Below, piece after piece: positions 18,705 to 25,938 of a stretch of DNA of 64,000 nucleotides. Under the pieces are notes generated by a model, which was not told where the DNA came from, did no database searches, and saw only the letters and a list, made by a program, of their open reading frames with translations. This DNA is from Aestuariivirgaceae bacterium. GTDB lineage: Bacteria > Pseudomonadota > Alphaproteobacteria > Rhizobiales > Aestuariivirgaceae. The position numbers and the translations under genes are program-made. Every line of letters begins with the position of its first letter. Position 1 is the stretch's first letter. The stretch is taken from the NCBI GenBank assembly GCA_036265615.1, contig DATAOT010000122.1, positions 10,526-74,525 on the forward strand, given 5' to 3'.

Positions 18705-19472
18705 ATGGCAGGACGGCTCGCCGGCAAGAGGGCGCTGGTCTATGGCGGTGGCACGGGCATCGGTTTTGCCTGCGCTCAAGCGATGGCCGAGGAAGGGGCA
18801 GCGGTGTTCCTGTCGGGGCGCCGCCGGGGCGTGCTCGAGGACTCGGTCAAGAAGCTGACCGAAAAGGGCTTCAAGGCCGGCATGGCGGCAGGGGATGCGA
18901 CCAGGGTCGAGGATGTGCAACGGGTGACTGCCGAATCGGTGCGGTTCCTGGGTGGGCTCGATACGCTGGTGGTGTCGGCGGGGGCCGCCGGACGCACGAC
19001 GGTGTTCGACACCGAGCCCGAGGAATTTCAGCGCATCATGGACAACACGCTGAGGCCGGCGTTCCTGGCGGTGCGCTATGCGGTGAGCCATCTGCTCGAG
19101 GCAGGCCAGGCCTCGGTCATACTCATTTCCTCGACCTTCGGTCTCGTCGGGGTCAAGGAGCGGCTTGCCTATTGCGGCGCCAAGGCCGGAGTCATCGGGA
19201 TGGCGAAGGCGATGGCGATGGACCTCGCCGACCGCGGGGTCAGGGTCAATGCCATCTGCCCTGGCTTTGTCGAGACCGAGCTGCCGCTGTCGGTCGCTGC
19301 CAAGGAACCGGACCCGGAGGCCTGGCTCCAATCGCGGCGGGCCATGCACCCGATACCGCGCTCCGGAACCCTTCCCGAGATGGGGGCGCTTGCGGTCTAT
19401 CTGGCGAGCGATCTCGCCGGCTTCGTCACCGGCCAGGCAATCGCCATCGACGGCGGTTTCTCGGCCCGCTAA
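18705..19472 (+). CDS. SDR family oxidoreductase
   Basis: GGGTGIGFA Rossmann motif and YCGAKAG catalytic motif. 12 nt after the enolase gene stop. Confidence 0.85.
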   Translation: MAGRLAGKRALVYGGGTGIGFACAQAMAEEGAAVFLSGRRRGVLEDSVKKLTEKGFKAGMAAGDATRVEDVQRVTAESVRFLGGLDTLVVSAGAAGRTTVFDTEPEEFQRIMDNTLRPAFLAVRYAVSHLLEAGQASVILISSTFGLVGVKERLAYCGAKAGVIGMAKAMAMDLADRGVRVNAICPGFVETELPLSVAAKEPDPEAWLQSRRAMHPIPRSGTLPEMGALAVYLASDLAGFVTGQAIAIDGGFSAR

Positions 19473-19498
19473 CCCCGGGTCAGGGGAGCGCCAAAGAG

Positions 19499-19533
19499 AA
19501 AGCGCCCGGCGGACATGGCCGGGCGCTTTGTTG
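19499..19533. terminator. Bidirectional intrinsic-terminator-like hairpin
   Basis: Perfect 12-bp stem AAAGCGCCCGGC (19499-19510) / GCCGGGCGCTTT (19518-19529) with a 7-nt loop. T-rich flanks on both strands. Lies between the convergent SDR (+) and BA14K (-) genes. Confidence 0.6.
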
Positions 19534-19549
19534 GAACGACGTCAGCGAC

Positions 19550-20236
19550 TTACGGGCCGTAGGGGCTCACGCATTCGAGGACATCGCCGCCATAGCTCAC
19601 GAAGGTGTTGTTGGCGGGGTTGTAGCTCCGATAGTGATTAACGCACCACTGGACGTGAGCATCCCCGTAGGCGCCGCCGACATAAGCCGTGTCATAGGTC
19701 CACCACGGCTCGTCATACCACCAGCCGTTGTAGAAATAGATGAACGCGCCGTTGCGGAAACGGAAGCGCCGATGATCACCATCGTCGAAACGCGCATGGC
19801 GACGGTCGAAGCGATCGGATCGGTCGAACCTGGCACGGTCGCCGTGGAGACGGTCGAAGCGATCGGATCGGTCGAACCTGGCACGGTCACCGCGGAATCG
19901 CTCGCGCCGAAAGTCGCCACCGTTCGGCTGCGCCAGGGCGTGCGTCCTGGGGTAGTCGCCGCCATGGCGCATGTAGAAGCGGTTTCCGCCCATGTCGGAG
20001 CGGTACATGCGCCCGCCCTCGCCCATGCTCATATGGCTCGGACCAGACATGTGACTCGGACCGGCCATGCGAGGATAGAAGGTCGCGCCGCCGCCGCCGC
20101 TGAAGCTGTGGCCGCCGGACATCTGCGGGCCACCGCCACCACCGCCTCCTCCTCCTCGAGGACCTGCCAAGGCCGGCGAGGCGGCGAGTCCGCCCAGAAC
20201 GCCGGCCAACAGCAATATTTTCATCGTTCGTAGCAT
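19550..20236 (-). CDS. BA14K family secreted protein with Gly-rich and RFDRSDRFDR repeat region
   Basis: Signal peptide (MKILLLAGVLGGLAASPALA). C-terminal HVQWCVNHYRSYNPANNTFVSYGGDVLECVSPY matches the BA14K motif. Start set at ATG 20236 (GAGGAA 7 nt upstream); ATG 20224 is an alternative. Confidence 0.75.
   Translation of the reverse strand: MLRTMKILLLAGVLGGLAASPALAGPRGGGGGGGGGPQMSGGHSFSGGGGATFYPRMAGPSHMSGPSHMSMGEGGRMYRSDMGGNRFYMRHGGDYPRTHALAQPNGGDFRRERFRGDRARFDRSDRFDRLHGDRARFDRSDRFDRRHARFDDGDHRRFRFRNGAFIYFYNGWWYDEPWWTYDTAYVGGAYGDAHVQWCVNHYRSYNPANNTFVSYGGDVLECVSPYGP
19801..19888. repeat. 48-bp tandem repeat (about 1.8 copies) inside BA14K gene
   Basis: GACGGTCGAAGCGATCGGATCGGTCGAACCTGGCACGGTC at 19801-19840 recurs at 19849-19888. 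It encodes the duplicated ..DRARFDRSDRFDR.. block. Confidence 0.85.
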
Positions 20237-20341
20237 CTCGTGATTCCTCAATCTTCACCGATGCCCACGGAACGGCCTCTCAACCGTATGGTTCCGTTAT
20301 TTCCGATGCGTAAGCGCCGTCGAGTTCTCGTTGTGTTCCGG

Positions 20342-21271
20342 TCACATGGCGCGATTGCGCTCGGTCTCCACTGCCTCTTTCACCACCCACTCGCGGAACA
20401 GGCGGACGAGTTCCTCGTCGGCCCGTCTTTCGGGGCTGATCACATAATAGGCAAAGCGCGGCGGACCCTTGAGCTCGACTGCGAAGGGCTGAATGAGCCT
20501 CCCGGCGGCGAGATCGTCGGCCACCAGGCTGGTCTCGCCGAGCACCACCCCCTGACCATTGAGGGCTGCCTCTATGGCCAGCGAGGAGTGGCCGAAATGA
20601 AGGCCACCCCTATCATCAAAATCGCTTACGCCTGCCGCAGCCATCCACATGCGCCAATTCGGCCAGGTGGCGCCCTGGGCGTGCCACTCGACGTGAATGA
20701 GGTTGTGGTGGAGGAGATCGCGCGGTTGGCGCAGCGGCTTCTTTCCGCTCAGCAGCGAGGGGCTGCAAACCGGGAAGACCGTGTCAGTGAACAGGCGGGT
20801 AATGTGGAAGCCGGGATAGTCTCCAGAGCCGAAGCGGATCGCGACATCGACCTCCTCGCGCTCGAAATCGACCGCGGTGATGCCAACCTCGATCCGCACG
20901 TCGGTATCGGGCACAAGGCTCAGGAAGCGATCAAGACGGGGCACCAGCCATTTGGCGGCAATCGACGGTGAGGCCGTCAACCGCAGCTGGCGCTTGTTCT
21001 TGAGCTTGCGAATCCGCCCCAGCGCGCCCCTGAGCACGTCCATGGACTCGCCGACGGCCCGGTGCAGGATCTCGCCCTCTTCGCTCAGGCGCACCTTGCG
21101 GCTGGTGCGCAGAAACAGCCGAAATCCAAACTGAGACTCGAGCTCTCCGATCTGATGGCTGATCGCTGCCGGGGTCACGTTGAGCTCGGCGGCGGCCTGC
21201 GTGAAACTCAGATGGCGACCGGCGGATTCGAACACGCGAAGGGGGCCGAACCCGGGAATGGCTTTCCTCAT
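20342..21271 (-). CDS. LysR family transcriptional regulator (GcvA-like subgroup)
   Basis: Start set at ATG 21271 (MRKAIPGFGPLRVFESAGRHLSFTQAAAELNVTPAAISHQI = LysR wHTH). The C-terminal substrate-binding domain is present. The track ORF start 21592 is an extension. Confidence 0.85.
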   Translation of the reverse strand: MRKAIPGFGPLRVFESAGRHLSFTQAAAELNVTPAAISHQIGELESQFGFRLFLRTSRKVRLSEEGEILHRAVGESMDVLRGALGRIRKLKNKRQLRLTASPSIAAKWLVPRLDRFLSLVPDTDVRIEVGITAVDFEREEVDVAIRFGSGDYPGFHITRLFTDTVFPVCSPSLLSGKKPLRQPRDLLHHNLIHVEWHAQGATWPNWRMWMAAAGVSDFDDRGGLHFGHSSLAIEAALNGQGVVLGETSLVADDLAAGRLIQPFAVELKGPPRFAYYVISPERRADEELVRLFREWVVKEAVETERNRAM

Positions 21272-21305
21272 GATCTTCAAATCACGCTTGACGATTCGCC
21301 AAAAA

Positions 21306-21319
21306 CTCATCGTTTGAGA
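21306..21319. promoter_or_regulatory. Candidate LysR T-N11-A box
   Basis: CTCATCGTTTGAGA carries the dyad CTCA-N5-TGAG and fits T-N11-A. It sits in the 111-bp divergent region between the LysR and DUF1127 genes. Confidence 0.25.
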
Positions 21320-21382
21320 GCGGTGCCGACAAACATTAATTGAATCCATCATGAACCGAAAGCGACCGATTCGAGGCCCAAG

Positions 21383-21610
21383 ATGACCTTCCGCTCCATG
21401 CCCACGTCCCTGATGGTTGTGACAACTGACGTCGCGACTATCCTGCTCGGAACCCTGTATCTGGCCGGTCGCCGATTGCAGGCGGGATACCAGCTGCGGC
21501 AGCTTTCCGACCTGCAGCTCCGCGATATCGGGCTGAACCGCTCCGAGGTGACGCCCCACACGCCGTTTCTTCACCGGGAAGTCATGCGCCACGAGCTCGG
21601 AAGGCGGTAG
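21383..21610 (+). CDS. DUF1127 domain small protein
   Basis: 75-aa ORF containing RRLQAGYQLRQLSDLQLRDIGLNRSEV, the Arg-rich DUF1127 signature (..L..LsD..L.DIGl.R..). Divergent from the LysR gene. Confidence 0.7.
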   Translation: MTFRSMPTSLMVVTTDVATILLGTLYLAGRRLQAGYQLRQLSDLQLRDIGLNRSEVTPHTPFLHREVMRHELGRR

Positions 21611-21718
21611 AAAGAATCTGCCAGACCTGCCAGACTTGAGGCGCTTTTGAGGAACAACTTTGGGTGTGGTGCATTAGGTTTCCGTCGAGCCTCGCGGCAT
21701 CGCGGAAGGGAATCATTC

Positions 21719-22945
21719 ATGACCGACAAGAAGGATGACGAAAACCTCTCGGCGCTCGAGGCCGAAGTGGAAGCGGCGCGGGCGCGGCTGAACGACAGCC
21801 TGCAGAACCTGACGCGTCCTTCGATCAGCGAAGCGGTGAAGCACGATATTCGCAGCTATGCCGAAACCGTCAAAGATCAAGTGGTGGAGAAGATCAGCAC
21901 GACGCGGGATCAGCTGGTGAGCAACGCCCGGGACGCATCCCGGCGGCGAGTTCACAGCATGACCGACTCGTTGCGCGAGCGGGCCGCCGCCAATCCGCTG
22001 GCGCTCGTCCTGATCGGCGCCGGGATCGGCTGGCGCCTCTATCACCGCCCGCCCATTGCCACTTTGCTGGTGGGCGCCGGAGCGGCCAGCCTGCTCTTGA
22101 ATTCGTCACGGCGGGCAGCGCGCCATTTCGACGAATACCACAATCCTTATCGAGGCGATCATCCCGCCAGCTATGTGCCCGGCGGTGTCGCCGGCTATGG
22201 CTATCCGGTCGAGGACCGGGCGCCCGCGCCGACATTCCGCGAGCGCGCGCAGCTTGTGAGCGAGACGGTCGAGCAAGGCGCCGACACGGTGCGCAGCAAA
22301 GCGGGTGATCTCGCGTCTGCGGCATCGGCAAAGGCAGGCGAAATTGCCGCGACGGTCTCGGAGAAGGCCAGCGATCTGGCGGCCCGGGTCGCCGACACGG
22401 CAAGCGCGGTCGCCGAAACAGCGAGCGCCACCGCCGGTCAGATCGGGGAAAAGGCCGGGGCGGCGATTCGCAGCGCACGGCGCGAGGTCGGTCGTTATGG
22501 CGAGACTGCCCGGCGCGAGGTCAGTCGTTATGGCGAGACTGCCCGGCGCGAGATCTCGGACGGCGGCGGCCGGTACGGCATGCTGCTCGGGGCGATCGGC
22601 CTGTCGCTCGCCGCTGCCGCCTTCGGTGCGGTGCGGATGGCGGCATCCCGAAACGAAACGGCGAGAAGGGCGGGCAAGTCGGCCGGACGGCGACGGAAGC
22701 CCAGCGAGACGGATGCCATCGGCACCAGCAATGGCAGCTTCGATACGAGCGAGGATGCCTTCATCGCCAATCTCAGGGATTCCAATCCGAACGATCCGAG
22801 CTTCGTCGAGGACAGCGCGATCGCCACCGAGGACATCGTCGGCGACGCAGAACCGGCTACGCGCGGCGGCGAGGTGCATGGGGCCGGCGAAGCGGAGAGC
22901 GCGAACAAGGCTCGCGGGCGCAAACGGGCCGGGAGCAGCGAATGA
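21719..22945 (+). CDS. Ala-rich membrane protein, DUF3618/DUF883 (ElaB/YqjD)-like N-terminus, internal repeats
   Basis: Start at ATG 21719. Coiled N-terminus (LSALEAEVEAARARLNDSLQNL), TM segments (ANPLALVLIGAGIGWRLY; MLLGAIGLSLAAAAFGAV), repeated ASxxA blocks, and REVGRYGETARREVSRYGETARRE. Confidence 0.55.
   Translation: MTDKKDDENLSALEAEVEAARARLNDSLQNLTRPSISEAVKHDIRSYAETVKDQVVEKISTTRDQLVSNARDASRRRVHSMTDSLRERAAANPLALVLIGAGIGWRLYHRPPIATLLVGAGAASLLLNSSRRAARHFDEYHNPYRGDHPASYVPGGVAGYGYPVEDRAPAPTFRERAQLVSETVEQGADTVRSKAGDLASAASAKAGEIAATVSEKASDLAARVADTASAVAETASATAGQIGEKAGAAIRSARREVGRYGETARREVSRYGETARREISDGGGRYGMLLGAIGLSLAAAAFGAVRMAASRNETARRAGKSAGRRRKPSETDAIGTSNGSFDTSEDAFIANLRDSNPNDPSFVEDSAIATEDIVGDAEPATRGGEVHGAGEAESANKARGRKRAGSSE
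22478..22552. repeat. 33-bp tandem repeat (about 2.3 copies) inside the membrane-protein gene
   Basis: CGGCGCGAGGTC(G/A)GTCGTTATGGCGAGACTGCC at 22478-22510 and 22511-22543, then a partial third copy. In frame (11-aa unit RREV(G/S)RYGETA). Confidence 0.85.
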
Positions 22946-22976
22946 TCGGCAGTGAGGCGCGGGGCTGGCGCGCGGC

Positions 22977-23504
22977 TCACTTGATCTGATCGAAGGATTT
23001 GGCGAACCCGTCGAGCTTGAGGGTGAGGTCGACCGGCTTCTGGTCGACGGTCCGATAGCCGACCTTGATGCCGGTGGCCTTGCGCAGCCGCTGCAGCAGG
23101 GCGGAGTCGAGCGGCACCGGCGCGAGGCAGCCGCCGCCTATGCAGGTTTCGAATTGCAGGGTCTTGGACTTGCCGTCGTCGATGGCGAGGGTGACGCCCG
23201 CCGGCAGATAAAGGTCGACCGGCAGCAGCAGCTTCATCACGGGCTTGCGGTCAGGCGGTGCAACGCGGAAGGTCACAGCCACCATGAGCTTGTGGCTGGT
23301 GGGGTCGACCAAGGCCTTGGACAAGACACAGGTGCGCTCCTTCGGCGTCGCTGCCTCGTTGCAGCGCGTTGCCCATGCCGCCACCGGCCGCTGACGGTCG
23401 CCTTTGCCGCCGCCGCCAGCTTCGGTGTCCTGCTCGGTGGCGGCGCCGGCTGCAAGGGACCAGGCAGCAAGGATTGAGGCAGCAGCGACTAGGATCTGGC
23501 GCAT
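22977..23504 (-). CDS. Invasion-associated locus B (IalB) family protein
   Basis: Signal peptide. Conserved Cys pattern (C..CVLS.. / FETCIGGGCLAPVPL) and the LLLPVDLYLPAGVTLAID motif typical of IalB. Confidence 0.75.
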   Translation of the reverse strand: MRQILVAAASILAAWSLAAGAATEQDTEAGGGGKGDRQRPVAAWATRCNEAATPKERTCVLSKALVDPTSHKLMVAVTFRVAPPDRKPVMKLLLPVDLYLPAGVTLAIDDGKSKTLQFETCIGGGCLAPVPLDSALLQRLRKATGIKVGYRTVDQKPVDLTLKLDGFAKSFDQIK

Positions 23505-23559
23505 TCGACGACCTCGCGGCGCAATTGGACAGTTGTGGGCAGCGGCCGGCCCGGAACGG

Positions 23560-24093
23560 TCACCGGTCCCGCTGGTAGGTGTAGAGGATACAGTTTGACT
23601 GCTGCTTGAGCGCGGTCAATTTCCATCCCTTGTGGACAGCGTTGCCCTCGGCCAGGGCCGGCCCGGACCCGACGATGACCGGCACGACAGCAATCTCCAA
23701 TCGGTCGATGGCGTCAAGGTCAAGCAGCCCGCCGATGGTCAGGCCGCCACCGACCACCCAGATGTTCTTTCTGGCAAGCCTGCGCGCCTCGGCCACCGCC
23801 TCGCCGGGGGAGAGAACGGCAACGCAGCTGGGCGGGGCGTCCTTATCGAGGGGCGTGCCGGTGATCACCACGCAGCGTCGATCGCCATAAGCCCAGTCAT
23901 GGCGAATGATCTCGAAGGTGGTGCGGCCGGCAATCAGCGTGTCGACATTGGCGAGAAACTCGGCAAAGCCGAACTCATACGGGTCGTAGTCGAGCAGCCA
24001 GTCGATATCGTGGCCCATGCCCGCGATGCGGCCATCGATGCTGACGCCAAGATAGGCGATGATCTGACGGGATTTGCGCATGGTCCAAGACAC
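23560..24093 (-). CDS. Dihydrofolate reductase family protein (RibD C-terminal domain type)
   Basis: IAYLGVSIDGRIAG..., TFEII..., WVVGGGLTIGGLL..DRLEIAVVPVIVGSG match the RibD_C/DHFR-like fold. Confidence 0.75.
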   Translation of the reverse strand: MSWTMRKSRQIIAYLGVSIDGRIAGMGHDIDWLLDYDPYEFGFAEFLANVDTLIAGRTTFEIIRHDWAYGDRRCVVITGTPLDKDAPPSCVAVLSPGEAVAEARRLARKNIWVVGGGLTIGGLLDLDAIDRLEIAVVPVIVGSGPALAEGNAVHKGWKLTALKQQSNCILYTYQRDR

Positions 24094-24144
24094 ACCCCTA
24101 TCGGCCTGGAAAGTCAGCAGTTTAGTCCCAAACTTCCTTACCGT

Positions 24145-25818
24145 TCAAATTGGCGCAGACGGGCTGCCGGCGGCGAGCAGGAGGGTGTGAACGCCAGCCA
24201 CCGCCTGGGCCCCCTCCCCGACCGCCGCGGCGACGCGCTTCACCGAACCCGAGCGGACATCGCCGATGGCGAAGACGCCGGAAAGGCTGGTCTCGAGCGC
24301 ATGTGCGCTGCCCGCTGCCTCACCGGTAAGAATGAAGCCCTTGGTGTCGCGGGTGACGCCGCAATCCTTCAGCCAGTCGGTGTTCGGCTCGGCGCCTATG
24401 AACAGGAACAGATGGCCGACCGGCCGGGTCACCTCCGCGCCCTGGCGCCGCCAAGTCACCGTTTCGAGCAGGCCGTTGCTGCCTTCGAGCCTGGTAACCT
24501 CGGCGCTGGTCACGACCTCGACATTGGCGAGGCCGGAGATCCGGTCGATGAGGTAGCGCGACATGTTGGCTTCGAGGCTCGGACCGCGCACCAGCAACCA
24601 TACCTTGCGGGCCCGGCCCGACAGATAGACGGTGGCCTGACCGGCCGAATTGCCGCCGCCGACCAGGGCCACTTCCTGCCCGAGGCAGAGCTTCGCCTCG
24701 AGCGGGGAGGCCCAATAATGAACACTCGAGCCCTCGAAATCGGCGAGGTTGGGGATGGCAAGCCGCCGGTAGCGGGCGCCACTGGCAATAACCACGGCGC
24801 GGGCTCGGGCGCTCTCGCCATTCATCAAGCGCAAGGTCCAGTGCCGGGCGCCGCCCAGCTTGGGACTCTCGAGACTTGCCACCTCATCGGGAATGGCCAT
24901 CTCGACCCCGAATTTTTGGGCCTGGTTGTAGGCCCTGGCCATCAATGCCATGCCGCTGATCCCTGTCGGAAAGCCGAGATAGTTCTCGATCCGGGCCGAG
25001 GCGCCGGCCTGGCCGCCAAAGGCGCGACAGTCGAGCACGAGCACCGACAGGCCCTCCGAACCGGCATAGACGGCCGTGGCAAGGCCGGCCGGTCCGGCGC
25101 CGATGACGATCAGGTCGTAGAGGCGTTCAGGATCGATTGCACTTAGCAGTCCAAGACAACGGGCAAGCTCGTCCTCGCTCGGCGAGCGCACGAACTTGCC
25201 GTTCGGGCACAGCACGATGGGCAGCTCGGAGGAATCGAGGTGAAAGCGCTCGATCAGGGTTTTCGCTTCCGGATCGACCTCGGGATCGAGATGCTGAAAA
25301 GGATGGCCGTTGCGCGACAGAAAACCCTCGAGGCGGAGAACGAGGGGATGATCGGCGCGACCGATGATGATCGGGCCGCCGACGCCAGTCTCGATCAAAC
25401 CGACCCGGCGCAGAATCAAGGCCCGCATGATCCGCTCGCCGATTTCGGCTTCGCCGACAAGCAGCGCCCGCAGCCGCTCGGGCGATATGATCAGAGCCCG
25501 GCCCGGGCTCGTCGCATAGGCATCCACCAAGGACGGCCGACCGGCCAATTGTGCCAGCTCTCCCATGAAGGAGCCGGGCTCATGGGTCACGATGAGATCG
25601 TGATGGCCCAGCTGATCGCGTCGGGTGACGTCGACTTCACCGGCGAGGATGACAACGAGCCCGCGTCCGACCTTGCCGACCTCGGCCAGTGACTCGCCAG
25701 CGGCAAAGCAGCTGACCTCTCCGAAGCGCAGCAGACGCTCGATCTCTACCTCGTCGAGCTTGGGAAAGATCTGGTCGTGGCGGGAGTCGAGGATGGAAGG
25801 ATTGGTGCGAGCGGGCAT
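24145..25818 (-). CDS. Cyclic-nucleotide-binding domain fused to thioredoxin-reductase-like FAD/NAD(P) oxidoreductase
   Basis: The N-terminal ~130 aa is a CAP-effector type domain (FAAGESLAEVGKVGRGLVVILAGEVDV...GSFMGELAQL). It is followed by DLIVIGAGPAGLATAVY, VALVGGGNSAGQ and FAIGDV motifs. Confidence 0.8.
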   Translation of the reverse strand: MPARTNPSILDSRHDQIFPKLDEVEIERLLRFGEVSCFAAGESLAEVGKVGRGLVVILAGEVDVTRRDQLGHHDLIVTHEPGSFMGELAQLAGRPSLVDAYATSPGRALIISPERLRALLVGEAEIGERIMRALILRRVGLIETGVGGPIIIGRADHPLVLRLEGFLSRNGHPFQHLDPEVDPEAKTLIERFHLDSSELPIVLCPNGKFVRSPSEDELARCLGLLSAIDPERLYDLIVIGAGPAGLATAVYAGSEGLSVLVLDCRAFGGQAGASARIENYLGFPTGISGMALMARAYNQAQKFGVEMAIPDEVASLESPKLGGARHWTLRLMNGESARARAVVIASGARYRRLAIPNLADFEGSSVHYWASPLEAKLCLGQEVALVGGGNSAGQATVYLSGRARKVWLLVRGPSLEANMSRYLIDRISGLANVEVVTSAEVTRLEGSNGLLETVTWRRQGAEVTRPVGHLFLFIGAEPNTDWLKDCGVTRDTKGFILTGEAAGSAHALETSLSGVFAIGDVRSGSVKRVAAAVGEGAQAVAGVHTLLLAAGSPSAPI

Positions 25819-25938
25819 GGACTCCCCATAGCATTGGGATGCGGCGACTTGTATTCAACAAATCGACCTCGATCGAGTCCTGCTTTCGTTCAGCCTGCGG
25901 TTGCGGCAGGATCAATAAAGTCTCCAGGAGCACGCCAT

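Noticed and set aside
22951-22981. Imperfect hairpin AGTGAG-GCGCG-gggctgg-CGCGC-gg-CTCACT between the convergent membrane-protein and IalB genes, as a possible bidirectional terminator.
   Set aside because: The stem is interrupted, there is no U-tract on either strand, and the right arm overlaps the IalB stop codon. Left uncalled.
25849-25861. TTGTATTCAACAA dyad in the cNMP-TrxR / CoA-transferase divergent region, superficially like TTGTATACAA at 60902.
   Set aside because: Only 4-bp arms (TTGT/ACAA) are complementary. That is too weak to call an operator or to link to the GntR motif.
25901-25915. FNR/FixK-like box TTGCGGCAGGATCAA upstream of the CoA-transferase-like gene.
   Set aside because: The span is 15 nt rather than the 14-nt TTGAT-N4-ATCAA architecture, and the left half-site is poor.
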